A model generated the notes under the pieces. The model was not told where the DNA came from, ran no database searches, and saw nothing but the letters and a program-made list of their open reading frames with translations. A DNA stretch of 63,530 nt, filler included, from Octopus bimaculoides (taxonomy: Eukaryota): assembly GCF_001194135.2 (NCBI RefSeq). It is 5 parts of 5 records of this genome, joined end to end, with 100 filler letters (N's around TTAATTAATTAA, not from the genome) between each part and the next. Parts side by side here need not be neighbours in the genome. Positions count along the whole stretch, not along the records: positions 1 to 10,327 come from NC_068989.1; positions 10,428 to 42,052 come from NC_068984.1; 3 more parts are not named here. One strand, 5' to 3'. Positions 1 to 11,661 of the stretch are shown in pieces. Each line of letters starts with the position of its first letter. The first letter of the stretch is position 1. The translations under genes and the position numbers were made by a program.

Positions 1-167
1 TATATGTATATGTATATAAGCTGACTGAATGTAAACATAATAGAAACAAGTTATCACTATTAGATATAACACACACTAACACTTTGCAGAAAAAAAGTAG
101 CATTTCTTTCTAAAATAATATATCTAATCTTATTTTAAGAAAACAAAATGGTAAACAAACCACTTAC

Positions 168-339
168 CAATTAATACGATCAGTCATCAGTAGCAACCAT
201 TCAGCCCAGCACAAGAACACATCAGCTCTCTTTTCCACTTTGTATTTAACTAACCAACCCAAAGCATTAAAACATTTATTAGTCTCAACAACAGTAATCT
301 TGCTGGAATCTGCTCATTTCAAAATCATGATTCTTCAGT
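168..339 (-). other. Putative spliced exon of an unidentified host gene (5'UTR with uORFs, possibly start of CDS 'MTDRINW...')
   Basis: Minus-strand acceptor cttttttatactttAG (340-341) and donor TTG|GTAAGT (167-162). Stops occur in all three frames in the 5' part, and only the last ATG is open to the donor. No protein family recognised. Confidence 0.4.
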
Positions 340-1051
340 CTAAAGTATAAAAAGAAGTGAGAAGCTTTTACCGAATTCCCAAGCAGAAAAGCTTAACTTA
401 CTTTTGTGTTTGGAAAACAAAGGAATTTTGCCAAAACTAATGCAGTTGTTGTGGCAAAGAAATTCTCCAGAATTCACATAGAGTGAAGGTGATCATGTAA
501 AGGATTTTGCCAAAACCCAGTTTCATAGTAGGAATAAAAGCAAGGAAAATATAACACCCTCAGTAGTAGTCTTTATGCTATTTACAATGTGATTGTTGAA
601 AATAGCAGCTAACCTCAGCTAAAGGTTTCAATGACTGGCATTTATCTCCTTGCTTACAAAATGGAATCTTGCCCACAAAAAAAAAACATGCATGTGTTTG
701 GGAGGGGTTAAGTTGATATGTGTATGAGTGAGAATACAGGGTACTGCACATGATTATGTGTGTGTGTGCATGTATGTACAGTAGGTATATGTGTATTTAT
801 GTATGTATCTGTATACATATTTTTCTATGTATGCATTTTGCAGGGATTATTACTGCACAAGTATGGGTTTGGCAATGCATACCTCTGTATGAAAGAGATC
901 ACAAAAGCTTTTAGTACACAGAGGTATCTATACACACACACACACCAACGTTTATATGTATATATACATATATGATTAAGAGGTTGTATGCTGATGCATA
1001 TGAGTGCATCAGCACAGGTATACTCATAAATGAGAATGTATACATGCTTTA

Positions 1052-1097
<46 letters not shown>

Positions 1098-1960
1098 NNN
1101 NNNNNNNNNNNNNNNNNNNNNNNNNNNNNNNNNNNNNNNNNNNNNNNNNNNNNNNNNNNNNNNNNNNNNNNNNNNNNNNNNNNNNNNNNNNNNNNNNNNN
1201 NNNNNNNNNNNNNNNNNNNNNNNNNNNNNNNNNNNNNNNNNNNNNNNNNNNNNNNNNNNNNNNNNNNNNNNNNNNNNNNNNNNNNNNNNNNNNNNNNNNN
1301 NNNNNNNNNNNNNNNNNNNNNNNNNNNNNNNNNNNNNNNNNNNNNNNNNNNNNNNNNNNNNNNNNNNNNNNNNNNNNNNNNNNNNNNNNNNNNNNNNNNN
1401 NNNNNNNNNNNNNNNNNNNNNNNNNNNNNNNNNNNNNNNNNNNNNNNNNNNNNNNNNNNNNNNNNNNNNNNNNNNNNNNNNNNNNNNNNNNNNNNNNNNN
1501 NNNNNNNNNNNNNNNNNNNNNNNNNNNNNNNNNNNNNNNNNNNNNNNNNNNNNNNNNNNNNNNNNNNNNNNNNNNNNNNNNNNNNNNNNNNNNNNNNNNN
1601 NNNNNNNNNNNNNNNNNNNNNNNNNNNNNNNNNNNNNNNNNNNNNNNNNNNNNNNNNNNNNNNNNNNNNNNNNNNNNNNNNNNNNNNNNNNNNNNNNNNN
1701 NNNNNNNNNNNNNNNNNNNNNNNNNNNNNNNNNNNNNNNNNNNNNNNNNNNNNNNNNNNNNNNNNNNNNNNNNNNNNNNNNNNNNNNNNNNNNNNNNNNN
1801 NNNNNNNNNNNNNNNNNNNNNNNNNNNNNNNACCCTAAATTTAGGTGAAAAGGGGGCTAACTTTGGTCTTATTCGTAACTACTTATAATTAATAATACCT
1901 AGAAGGAAAGTTATTTTATGCAAATTTAGTTTTGCTTAGGAGGTGTGATGTATTATATAT

Positions 1961-2400
1961 TTAATTATACTTAGAGAATGAGTATTTAGTAGCGTGAAGA
2001 CAGATTAGACTGGATTCATATCTCCTGTTTAATAGGTCGTTCTTAGCCGTTAGGATTTCGAGGCACTCGGTTAAGCAGAGTTGGCAGCGTCTGTTAGTTG
2101 GGTTATAGGAATTAGCTACTTTTAGTATGTGCCACTTTAGTTTATATTCTATATTATTGTCGTTTAGTTCCCAGATATATCTACTCAGCCCTGTATAATT
2201 TGCCTTATTTCTGTTTTTAAAACTCGATAGGTGCTCGTTATATCTAAAGCGTATTTGGTTTTTCGTTGCACCCATGTAAGATTTAGTGTGGCTGTTTGTT
2301 TGTACATCACATTGGTAAACTATATTATCTGTCTTGCATCTATTGGAGAAATTACATTTGTTCCTATCTCTACAGCCACATAGGTTATAAGGGGTGTCCT
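1961..2400 (-). pseudogene. PLE GIY-YIG endonuclease domain (frameshift near 2340)
   Basis: CGCRDRNKCNFL / NRCKTDNIVYQCDVQTNSHTKSYMGATKNQIRFRYNEHLSSFKN..KWHILK..CQLCLTECLEIL. Confidence 0.88.
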
Positions 2401-2664
2401 ATGTCTGTGTGCTGCTGTGTGGCCCTATTGTTTTTTCGGTGTGCGTCCCTCCTAGTAAGGGGTGTTGGATTAGGGTTGGAGTTAGTTCTATTATTTAGAG
2501 GGTTGTTGATTTGGTTGTTCGTTGTGTTTCTAGCTGTATAGAATGCGTCTAATTTCTTATTATTAATAGATGCTATTATGGTAGCTAAGTTACATGTCAG
2601 GCTGTGGCCTATTCTTATTTTGTGCTTAAATATTTCTGCGTATTTATTGTTCACATTGAGGTGT

Positions 2665-4008
2665 TTATCTAATTATGTTCACTAGTGAGCGGACTATGTT
2701 GGATTTGAGGCCCATGTTATAGGGAATGATTAGCCAGATCGTATCCTTATTGTTCTTGCTGCTATTATGGCCATATTTGGTACAGAAGCTGCCATCATAA
2801 CTGGGAAGGCTGGTGAATTTTTCTTTACGGCTATCTAATTTATTTCTATATTTGGGTTTATTTTTGATATGCGTCCTTTCATTGTTTTCCCTGTTAGTAT
2901 TGTTAGTTGTTTGTGGGCCCGATATATGGTTTCTTTTAGTCTTCTGGGTTTCCCTGTAATTTATGCTAAACTTATCGTTGTATTGCTTAATGTTGGTTCT
3001 GTTCAGGTGGTTATTGTATTTCTGTTTCGTCTCGTTATTAGCCTTAATCGTCCTTTTAATATTATTGGTATTGGTGTTTACATTGTTGTTGGTATTTTTG
3101 GTGTTATGTGGTTTGGCTTTGGGACGTGTTGTATTTCTATTACATGTGTTCTGTTTATCTTTGTCATTCATATCGTTAGTGTGGTTTCCAGCGGTGTTCG
3201 GTGTGTTAGTAGTGTGTGTGTTTCTAGCGTTTGAGTTCCTAGTAGTTGGGTCTTTTTTATGGTTATTGGATTCCATGAATTTAATTTTATGGTTAAATCC
3301 TGCCTTATGTAGAGCGATGTTGTAGGTTTCCTTATGCTTATTAAAAATAGCTTGGCTAGAGGAGAGGCATGATATCCTATTGCTTATACTATGTGCTAAG
3401 CCTCTCTTGAGGAATAGTGGGTGGTTGCTGGATGCGTTTATGTATTTTAGGTTAGTATTGGGCTTTATGTATGGTTCATGTAGTCCTGTGGCTAGGTTGC
3501 AATTAGCGTCTAAGTAATTTATGGATGTGTGTTCGTTTTCTATAGAAATGGCTAGTCCAAATCTTTTGAAGAATTTATGCAAGTTTTTCTTAATGAGCTC
3601 TAGTTTCCTATTCGAGGGATTTTTAATTACAAAGAGTGCATCATCCCTGTATAATCCACCTTCCAGGTCTGGGAATTCCTTCTGTATGTAGGAGAGCAGA
3701 TAAATTCCTACTAAGTCACTTATCTGAGCTGAATCCGGGGCTCCCATGGTGATAGCGAAGGAGTTAGGGGAGTCTTTACGGACCCAGAGCTTGTCATCAA
3801 ACCTTATAATAGATTTTCTAGCTTCATGTATTACATTAATTTCTTTCCTAGTTAGTTGTGAATTATTTTTGGCATATATTAGGGCAAATTTTAATATCGT
3901 GGGGTTAATTGAGGAGTAGTAGTGTGGTGGATATGTTTGTGCATATGTGTTTGTATGGGTGAATGTCTTTACACATGTAGTAAAAGCAATCCTATCTCTG
4001 ATGGTCTT
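2665..4008 (-). pseudogene. PLE reverse transcriptase, partial (stop-free frame 4008-2665; YRDD present, motif-A Asp absent)
   Basis: The ORF-track 2665..3747 frame stays open for 87 more codons up to a TGA at 4009-4011. RT homology begins at about 3921 (YYSSI). Confidence 0.85.
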
Positions 4009-4819
4009 TCATCCAGAATAAATATCTTTATATTAGAATACATGTTCAAATGTATCTACTTCTTCTATAAGGAATAAATATCATAGATACATAGATAAAT
4101 AAGATCAAAAATAAAGTTATACTTGTAGATTTAATAGGTAGTTCTATATAGAGTAGTGCAAGAATTTGATACTAACAGGTTTGTATAGTGTTACATCAAC
4201 AGGACATCAAAATAAATATTATTTGGACTTTAAAGTTATGATGATGAGGTAATTTAGATACAAATGTTAGTGAAACTCAATCATTATGAAATTATCGTCA
4301 TAAGTTGCTTGAGGTTTTTGGGGGTTTCACCCACACACACATGAAGCCATAAAGTCAGGAGCTGTAAAGAGTGAATATATATTTGTTTATCCATGTGACT
4401 TCCATAACATTATGACCATTTTGCAACCTTCTTCATGTCATATTAATTTCAGTATGAAAGAAATTGTATGTATATGTTGCATTAATAAGTGTGCTCATCA
4501 TTATACAATTGTATATTTACAAATCAATGTAAATAAAGAAAGCCAGCTCATCAGACCACCAGAACATCATGGTTACACCAATAATACAACTCTAAATATA
4601 CACACAAAATTCCCTTAATATATACAATGTATGAAAGGCCCAAACTGAACAAGATGAGATTGGTTTGGTCATTACAAGTAAAGATATCTCACTTCATGTC
4701 AATTAAGTTAAAGTGCAAGATAGAAATTTAAGGAACAGACTTTTCCTTAACATAAACAAAAAGAAACAAGACATAAGAAGAGGAAGTACAAATAGATAGA
4801 GTAAGAAATAGTGTTAAAA

Positions 4820-5600
4820 ATGTGCCTTAAAGTTAACCAGCAAAGACCAAGGTTCTACTAAGTAGGAAAACAGACTGGATGCTACCCACTTTAGGTAAAT
4901 GGCCGCACTTGAGATGTAGGAAAAGCAAAGGCAGGAATTCCTAAGTGCAAGCGATTGACACAAGAGGTGCAGCAAAATTACATGAAAATTAATGAAAAAA
5001 GTTGTGTAAAAAATGCGCAAGAGCAACTCATACTAAGGACACAGGGGAACCAGATCTTCTTGAATGCTCTGAAGGCTCTCTGGAGGTGATAGATAGTTTC
5101 TGTTACCGGGTTTGACCTAATTAGCAGTAGTGGAAGATGTTCTGAAAGTTTAGTTGCTACAATAAGAAAAGAATGAAGAAAGCTCAGAGAACTATTACCT
5201 TTGTTTGTAGCAAAACATCTCTAAAGCAGATTGTATGGTAGTGAAACTGAAACTGAAATGCTATATGGTAGTGAAACATGGGCCCTGAATGCAGAAGAAT
5301 GAAGCTAGCATACTTGGTTGGATGTGCAATGTCAATGTGCATGTGTAACATAGTGCTAATGTACTGAGAGAAAAATTAGATATAAGAGGAATCAGGTAGT
5401 GTGCAAAAGAAAAGAATGCTGGCTTCATCATCTGGTACATATCAACGAGGACAACTTCACAAAGAAGTGGCAATCACATGAAGTGGATGGAACTTGTGGA
5501 AAAAGGAAGACACAGGAAGACATAGGACAAAATAGTGAAGGCTGATCTCGAGACACTGTACCTTATGGAAGAGATGACAAAGGACTAAGATGATTGACGA
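4820..5600 (+). mobile_element. RTE-clade LINE, degraded 3' part
   Basis: Translation across frameshifts: LKVN.AKTKVLLSRKT, GKWP.LRCRK..GRNS, EGSLEVIDSFCY..DLISSSGRCSES, MLYGSETWALN, WMCNV, GR.RKT.D..VKADL. Confidence 0.8.
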
Positions 5601-6529
5601 TTTATTGTACATAAGAAGACACGTTTTATTAACAAATATGAGGTCCTAAAAATATTTCTTGTTCTAAAATTATAGTTGACTCATCAATATGCAGAATATG
5701 ATCTCATTTTGAAGAATTTTCTTCATGGTATGACATTTGAAGAATCCTGCATGCCTTATCCTTGCCTCTTTTTATTTTACGCAACTGCTAATAAAGTACT
5801 TATCTATACAATCATAAATGAGTTTGGGCAATATTTAAAAAGAATTTTTTTATAATGAATCTGAACTTTCAGAGTCATTAATATATTGTTTTGCATGACA
5901 AAGAATTGATTTATATCCACCAGAAATACTTCTCGACTGCAGTAAACCACTCAGAGATAGGTGGCATGTTTTCATGCCTCTACTCAAAGTAGATTCTATA
6001 TATCAGCCCAGTGCTTACATAAGTACTCTTGAATTTTATTTGACCAGGTCCGTGTATTGACATAAACACATGAAATGAATTGATGATGTACATGATGCTC
6101 TATTATCACAGTTTTAAAATTGGTTGAGATGATTGATATACTTTCATACTTAACATCATTTTCATATTCTGAGATCTGTTTTTTCCTCTTGTTTTTGTAC
6201 ACAATGACAAAGGATGGCAAATTACAGTTTATAACTTTATTCCATTAGATCCACTAACTTTATAAAATAATGAATGTGGCATTGCATACAAAATTTCTCT
6301 GGGGAGTGTTTCATATGCTGTCATAATATTGTGAATATGCACCATTGGTAAGTGGGTTGTGGCAAAATTGTTTACTTGTCTATAAAAAAACAGGTAAAAT
6401 AGCAGTGCCACATTTACCCTCAACTCCTTAATCACCCCATTTACATTAACTAAAAATGTTTTAATTCTTCATAATATGCTATAACATATATGACACTAAT
6501 TTTCATGATGTCAAATTATATAACAATAC

Positions 6530-7090
6530 CTTTATTTATCAAGTAATAATGTCTCAATGTCTTCCACCTTTGCAATTTAAGACGCATATTGGACATCAAG
6601 TGGACCAACCACATCACCAACACCGAAGTCCTCAACCAAGCCAAATACCCAGTATACACATCTTGTTCCAGCAGCGTCATTTGTGCTGGCTCAGTCATGT
6701 TCCCAAAAGACCTCCTGTATGGGGAATTGGCTACTGGCACAAATGCACAAGGATGACCTCATCTTCATTTCAAAGATGCCTGCAAGAGAGATATGAAGTC
6801 ACTTGATCTAGATGTCCAGAGATGGGAAGAGGTTGAAAATGATCGCCCACACTGGAGGCAAATACTGCAAAAGGGAATGAAAAGAGTGGAAGAAAAACAG
6901 GTACTTGCGATCGAAGAAACGTGCACTCAACAGAAGAAAAAATCAGCAGTACTAGCAGAGAGCTCCTTCAAATACAGTCATTGTATGTGTGACTGCCACT
7001 CCTGTGTGGACCTGTACAGCCACAACAGATGATGCACCACCATCAGCAGCTGACATGATTTCTCAAGACCAATGGATGCCTACTACAATG
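6530..7090 (+). mobile_element. RTE-BovB-like LINE 3' end
   Basis: LNVFHLCNLRRILDIKW, PKDLLYGELATG, FKDACKRDMKSL, WRQILQKG, and a terminal CxCDCHSCVDLYSHNR motif. Confidence 0.82.
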
Positions 7091-7399
7091 TTCAAAAGTA
7101 ATTTAAAAAGGAATACACAAGCACTTTCTATCAATTTATACTGTCGTACATGCATTTATTTTCTTTGCCTTGGTTTCCAAGTAAAAAACAAAAACTCTAT
7201 CCAGTTTGAACTTCTACAAGGCTGACTGGAAGTCAATTGAAAAATGGATTATCCAGCAAAATTGGCTCTCTATGCCAAACATTGATATGAAACTTAAAGA
7301 ATTCATGTCAATAAAGTAAGCCATATGCATTAAATTTGTCCCAGAGAAGAGAACAACAACATACAAAAACATCATACAAAAGAGCATCAACATACAAAA

Positions 7400-9290
7400 T
7401 CAAGACAGGAGAGTCCTCATGAAACAGAGAACAAAGATCACAAATCACTTAAACAAACAAGCAAAAAATCCCTACGTAAAGAAGCACTTCTTGAGATAGA
7501 AAATAGACTCAGCTCTCCCATGAAAAGGAAAGGGTAAAAAGAGAAACCAGGATGGTGGAAAATATAAAAATAAATCCCAAAGACTTCTACAACTTCACAA
7601 AAGAGTCTGCCTTAGTGCACCACAAGATAGCAGACCATCTTCTTCAAACAGCAACCCTAACTGCAGACCCCAAGACAATAGGTGAGGTGTGGAATAAACA
7701 ATTCCAGAATGTCTTCACCACTCCATTGGGAAACATGCAAGTAAGTGAGCCAACAGAGTTTTTCAACATGGCAAACTACATGGGGAAAAGGCAACGATCA
7801 ATTACATCGACATAAAAGAGGAAGATGTAATATCAGTTATTGATGAGATGAGCTCAAACTCAGCAATGGGCTCAGATGGATTTCCATTTGTTCTAAAAAC
7901 ATGCAAGAAAGCTCTTGCAAAACCACTGCAGATGCTTTTTCAGAGTTTCCTTGCATGTGGAAAACTTCCCAAACTATTAAAAGAGGGTATCATATGCCCT
8001 GTCCATAAAGGAGAAAGCAGAGCAGATGCTAAAAATAACAAGCCTATCTCTTTGAATTCACATATTAGCAAGATCATGGAATGCATTGTCAGGAGGATCA
8101 CATTCCTGGTTTCTGGCCAGGGAGGGACTGCCTCACATGATTGAGTACTGAAACAGCAGTTCAACCACTTAGATGTGAATGTGATATATCCCAACTTAGC
8201 CAAGCCCTTTGACAAAGTCGATCATGGGATAATGTCACAAACTAAATGACTTTGGTATCACTGGAAAACTGGAAGAGTAACTGCATGACTTTTTAAAAGA
8301 CAAGTCAGACAGGTGCTGCCAATAATGCTCTTTATGGGGAGATATTAAGCTGCAGTAGAGTTTCTCAAGGAACTGTACTGGGACTGTTTGTAGTGGCTCC
8401 TTCAGACATGCCCTCGGTTGTACATTCAGCCACTATCAACAGCTATGCTGATGATACAAAACTATCACAAGTGGTCAAGGACCCTTATGACATATTAACA
8501 CTGCAAAACATCATGCATGCAATATACAAATGAACTGATGAAAATAACATACAGTACAATGCTGATAAGTTTCAAGCACTCCACTATCAGCCCTCAAACA
8601 AACAGACTACAATCAGAATACACAGGGTCAGGGGATAGTGCAATCGCAGAGTTAGAATCAATGAGTGATCTGGGAATCCACATGAGTAATGATGCAATAT
8701 TCCGTGTGCATATTACCAAGATGGCAACACTGTACAGAGGAGTAGCTGGATGGAGCCTTATATCATTTAGAATCAGAAATAAGGATAACTTGCTACTCCT
8801 ATGGAGGACTTTTGTTCTCAGATGTCTGGATTACTGCTCCCAAGTATGGTCACTGCAGAGTGTCGAATTGGTTATGGAACTTGAGGCAATCTAGTGTCAA
8901 CGCAAAGAAGATAAACTTAATGAAACAGATGAACTACTGGGAGAGACTACAAGAGGCTCATTGTAGCTCTACTCCCTGGAGAGAAGATGAAAAACATATG
9001 CTGCGATATAGAGTTCCAGGGGATCACAACTGTTTATCATCTTGCCAAACAGCCTCAAAGATTTGCAAGGTGTAGATGTGGAAAGTTGCAAAAAGTACTG
9101 GGACAAGTATCTATCACAAATCCCAGATCAACTCACATTATAGCAGGAAGCACAGAAAAGAGCAGCTGCATCCAACTCAATTCTTCACCACAAACAGTAC
9201 AGACAGAAGACCCAAACACACTGACAGGTGGTGCTCCAGCAGGGGCCCAAGCTCTGTTTGAAACCAGAAGAATAAAAGAATTTATACGTA
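7400..9290 (+). mobile_element. CR1-group LINE, degraded ORF2 (RT and C-terminal part)
   Basis: SAMGSDGFP, GIICPVHKG, PISLNSHISKIME, YPNLAKPFDKVDHG, SQGTVLG, SYADDTKL, SDLGI, LDYCSQVW. Many stops and frameshifts. Confidence 0.88.
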
Positions 9291-9360
9291 TATATCAATA
9301 TNNNNNNNNNNNNNNNNNNNNNNNNNNNNNNNNNNNNNNNNNNNNNNNNNNNNNNNNNNN

Positions 9361-9400
<40 letters not shown>

Positions 9401-9610
9401 TACATTTCTAAATCTCTCAGAGATTTATGCAGTAGTGATACAATAAAGTAGTTGTATGCTGTCAACTTAATCTGACAGTTCCATGAAGGGAATAATACTA
9501 CTTCTATTTAGCCCTAGGTAGCTGCACCGCTTCCTGTCGGCCTTGACACATTTCCTGTGTCCTTATGTTTACAAGGATGAGACAAGCACTCCCACCCAGC
9601 TAAGCCTGCA

Positions 9611-9653
9611 TCCAGAGACATATTTCTGAGTCTTTGCTCATCATCAGTCTGGA
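9611..9653 (-). ncRNA. Minimal type-I hammerhead ribozyme, intact core
   Basis: Minus strand reads UCCAGA-CUGAUGA-UGAG(caaaga)CUCA-GAAA-UAUG-UC^UCUGGA. Stem I is 6 bp, stem II 4 bp, stem III 2 bp with a near-palindromic cap. GUC cleavage predicted between 9617 and 9616. Confidence 0.85.
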
Positions 9654-9931
9654 ATAGCATGACTTGCTAGTCGGAGATGCCTTGTAAACATAAGGAAATG
9701 TGTCAAGGCCAACAGGAAGCAGTGCAGCTTCCTAGGGCTAAATAGCAGTAGTATTATTCCCTTCATGGGATTATCACATTAAGTTGACAGCATGCAACTA
9801 CTTTATCATAAATCTCTCAGAGATTTAGAAATGTATTATTTCTATTTTTGAAATCAGTGAATGTATTTCACTAGAATTATTATATGTTTACAAGAGCTTG
9901 ACAGGCATCTCCGACTAGCAAGTCATGCTAT

Positions 9932-9974
9932 TCCAGACTGGTGATGAGCAAAGACTCAGAAACATGTTTCTGGG
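9932..9974 (+). ncRNA. Minimal hammerhead ribozyme copy with core mutation (CUGGUGA), probably inactive
   Basis: UCCAGA-CUGGUGA-UGAG(caaaga)CUCA-GAAA-CAUG-UU^UCUGGG. A6>G at 9941. Palindromic ACAUGU in stem III. Confidence 0.75.
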
Positions 9975-10427
9975 TGCAGGCTTAGCTGGGTGGGGGTGCT
10001 TGTCTCCCCCTTATAAACATAAGGACACAGGAAATGTGTCAAGGCCGACAGGAAGCGGTGCAGCTTCCTAGGGCTAAATAGCAGTAGTATTATTCCCTTC
10101 ATGGGACTGTCACATTAAGTTGACAGCATACAACTACTTTATATATATATATATATGAGTTTGAATTACGGAGAAATATGGATAAGTACTGTTTTTACTT
10201 TGCTAAAGATTTTCTACTATTTGAAAATAATATGTATTCTTGTTTTTTATATTATTCATTTGGTTCTTTATAGATTATTTTTAATAGATAACTTATTTAA
10301 CACTAAATTATTTATAAGTTATAGTTTNNNNNNNNNNNNNNNNNNNNNNNNNNNNNNNNNNNNNNNNNNNNTTAATTAATTAANNNNNNNNNNNNNNNNN
10401 NNNNNNNNNNNNNNNNNNNNNNNNNNN

Positions 10428-10500
<73 letters not shown>

Positions 10501-10912
10501 CAGAGAGAGAGAAAAAAAGAGAGCGATATCAGATGACGATAACTACAATATTTTGGCCATATTTTCAGTTCTCAGAACCTCGATGCCGACACCCTTGGGG
10601 GTTGGTGAAGAGAAAACGGGCTCACGGAAGACAAAGACGAAAATGAATTGATGACATTAAGAACTACACGTGGAGGAATCTGGTGGAGTATACATCAGCA
10701 CGAGACCGCACTTGTTTCAACAACATGATTTAAAAAAACTAACATGTGCGATTCAAGCAGCTTCAGCTTCTAAAAAAGGATGCATACTCTATGTCAAGTA
10801 TTGAGTACTTTCTCTCCACACTCCCGATTATAAACATAAATGTCCACCATAAGAGGAAAAGTAAGATAGCTAACTAATGAGACAGATAGCTACATACATA
10901 GAGAGGGAGAGG

Positions 10913-10987
<75 letters not shown>

Positions 10988-11334
10988 GAAAGAAATAGAG
11001 AGTGAGTGTGAGAGCAGGAAGGTGAAGTATGAGGAGAAGGCTGCGATGAATTCTAAGCAGGGTATGATGCCATAGGTCGTGCCTAGTGAACCCAAAGCAC
11101 CACCTCCTTGTGGCAGCCTTGTTATTTTCATAGAGGTCAAACGATGACAAACATAAAAAATGCACGCAAATATTAATACACACACACACACACACACGAA
11201 AACGTCCATGCACAAACACGCACGCACACACACATTCATGCACTCACAGTCATGCACTCATATATTCACACAATACATAAACGAAAGCAATAAACCGCGT
11301 TCAGAAATTCAAGCGCATAGATAGATGCACTCAC

Positions 11335-11520
11335 CAGCATAAATGTACACTGAATCACAGAAATATTGATTTCGTGCTTGGATTCAAGAAACGATTTATA
11401 GAATCGTATTAGAAATGTGACGCTGCGATGTTCATGCCTTTCGCAATGGTATTAAAGGTAGAGTTGACTCGAAAGAGAGATATATCAAGGAAACGAAGTC
11501 AAGACGGGTGTAAGCACGTC
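11335..11520 (-). promoter_or_regulatory. Putative non-coding first exon / promoter-proximal region of the minus-strand host gene
   Basis: Donor CTG|GTGAGT at 11334-11329 lies in CpG-retaining, apparently unique sequence at the edge of a CpG-depleted domain. The 5' boundary is a guess. Confidence 0.3.
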
Positions 11521-11661
11521 TAGAGTTTACTATCTGCTCTTAAACACACATTGCTCTCCCCTTTTCTCTCTCCTAACCTCTTCTTTTCGCCCGCTTTACT
11601 ACCTCCTACTCCCTCTCTATAAATACATATATAAATATACAAATACACACATATACACATA

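Larger units (their letters stand above)
1830..4008 (-). mobile_element. Penelope-like retroelement (PLE), 5'-truncated, frameshifted
   Basis: RT motifs YYSSINP..HEARKSII..LWVRK..FAITMGAPDSAQISDLVGIYLL..GGLYRDDALF..INYLDAN, then IWLIIPYN/IRIGHS, a CGCR..C..C zinc motif and GIY-YIG (NIVY..SYMGAT..RYNEH..LSRYIWEL..CQLCLTE). Confidence 0.92.
9396..10141. mobile_element. Non-coding nested inverted/direct-repeat element with two hammerhead ribozymes (PLE pseudo-LTR / retrozyme-like)
   Basis: Segment order A(9396-9429) B(9443-9576) C(9577-9682) B'(9680-9806) A'(9807-9840) spacer C'(9903-10010) B'(10011-10141). Flanked by (TA)n on both sides. Confidence 0.8.

Noticed and set aside
2869-3325. Hydrophobic plus-strand ORFs resembling membrane proteins
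   Set aside because: They are the antisense shadow of the A/C-rich PLE linker.
10328-10427. TTAATTAATTAA flanked by 44 Ns each side, also at 42053-42152, 48235-48334 and 50603-50702
   Set aside because: An identical 100-bp construct four times with stops in all frames is a scaffolding linker, not biology.
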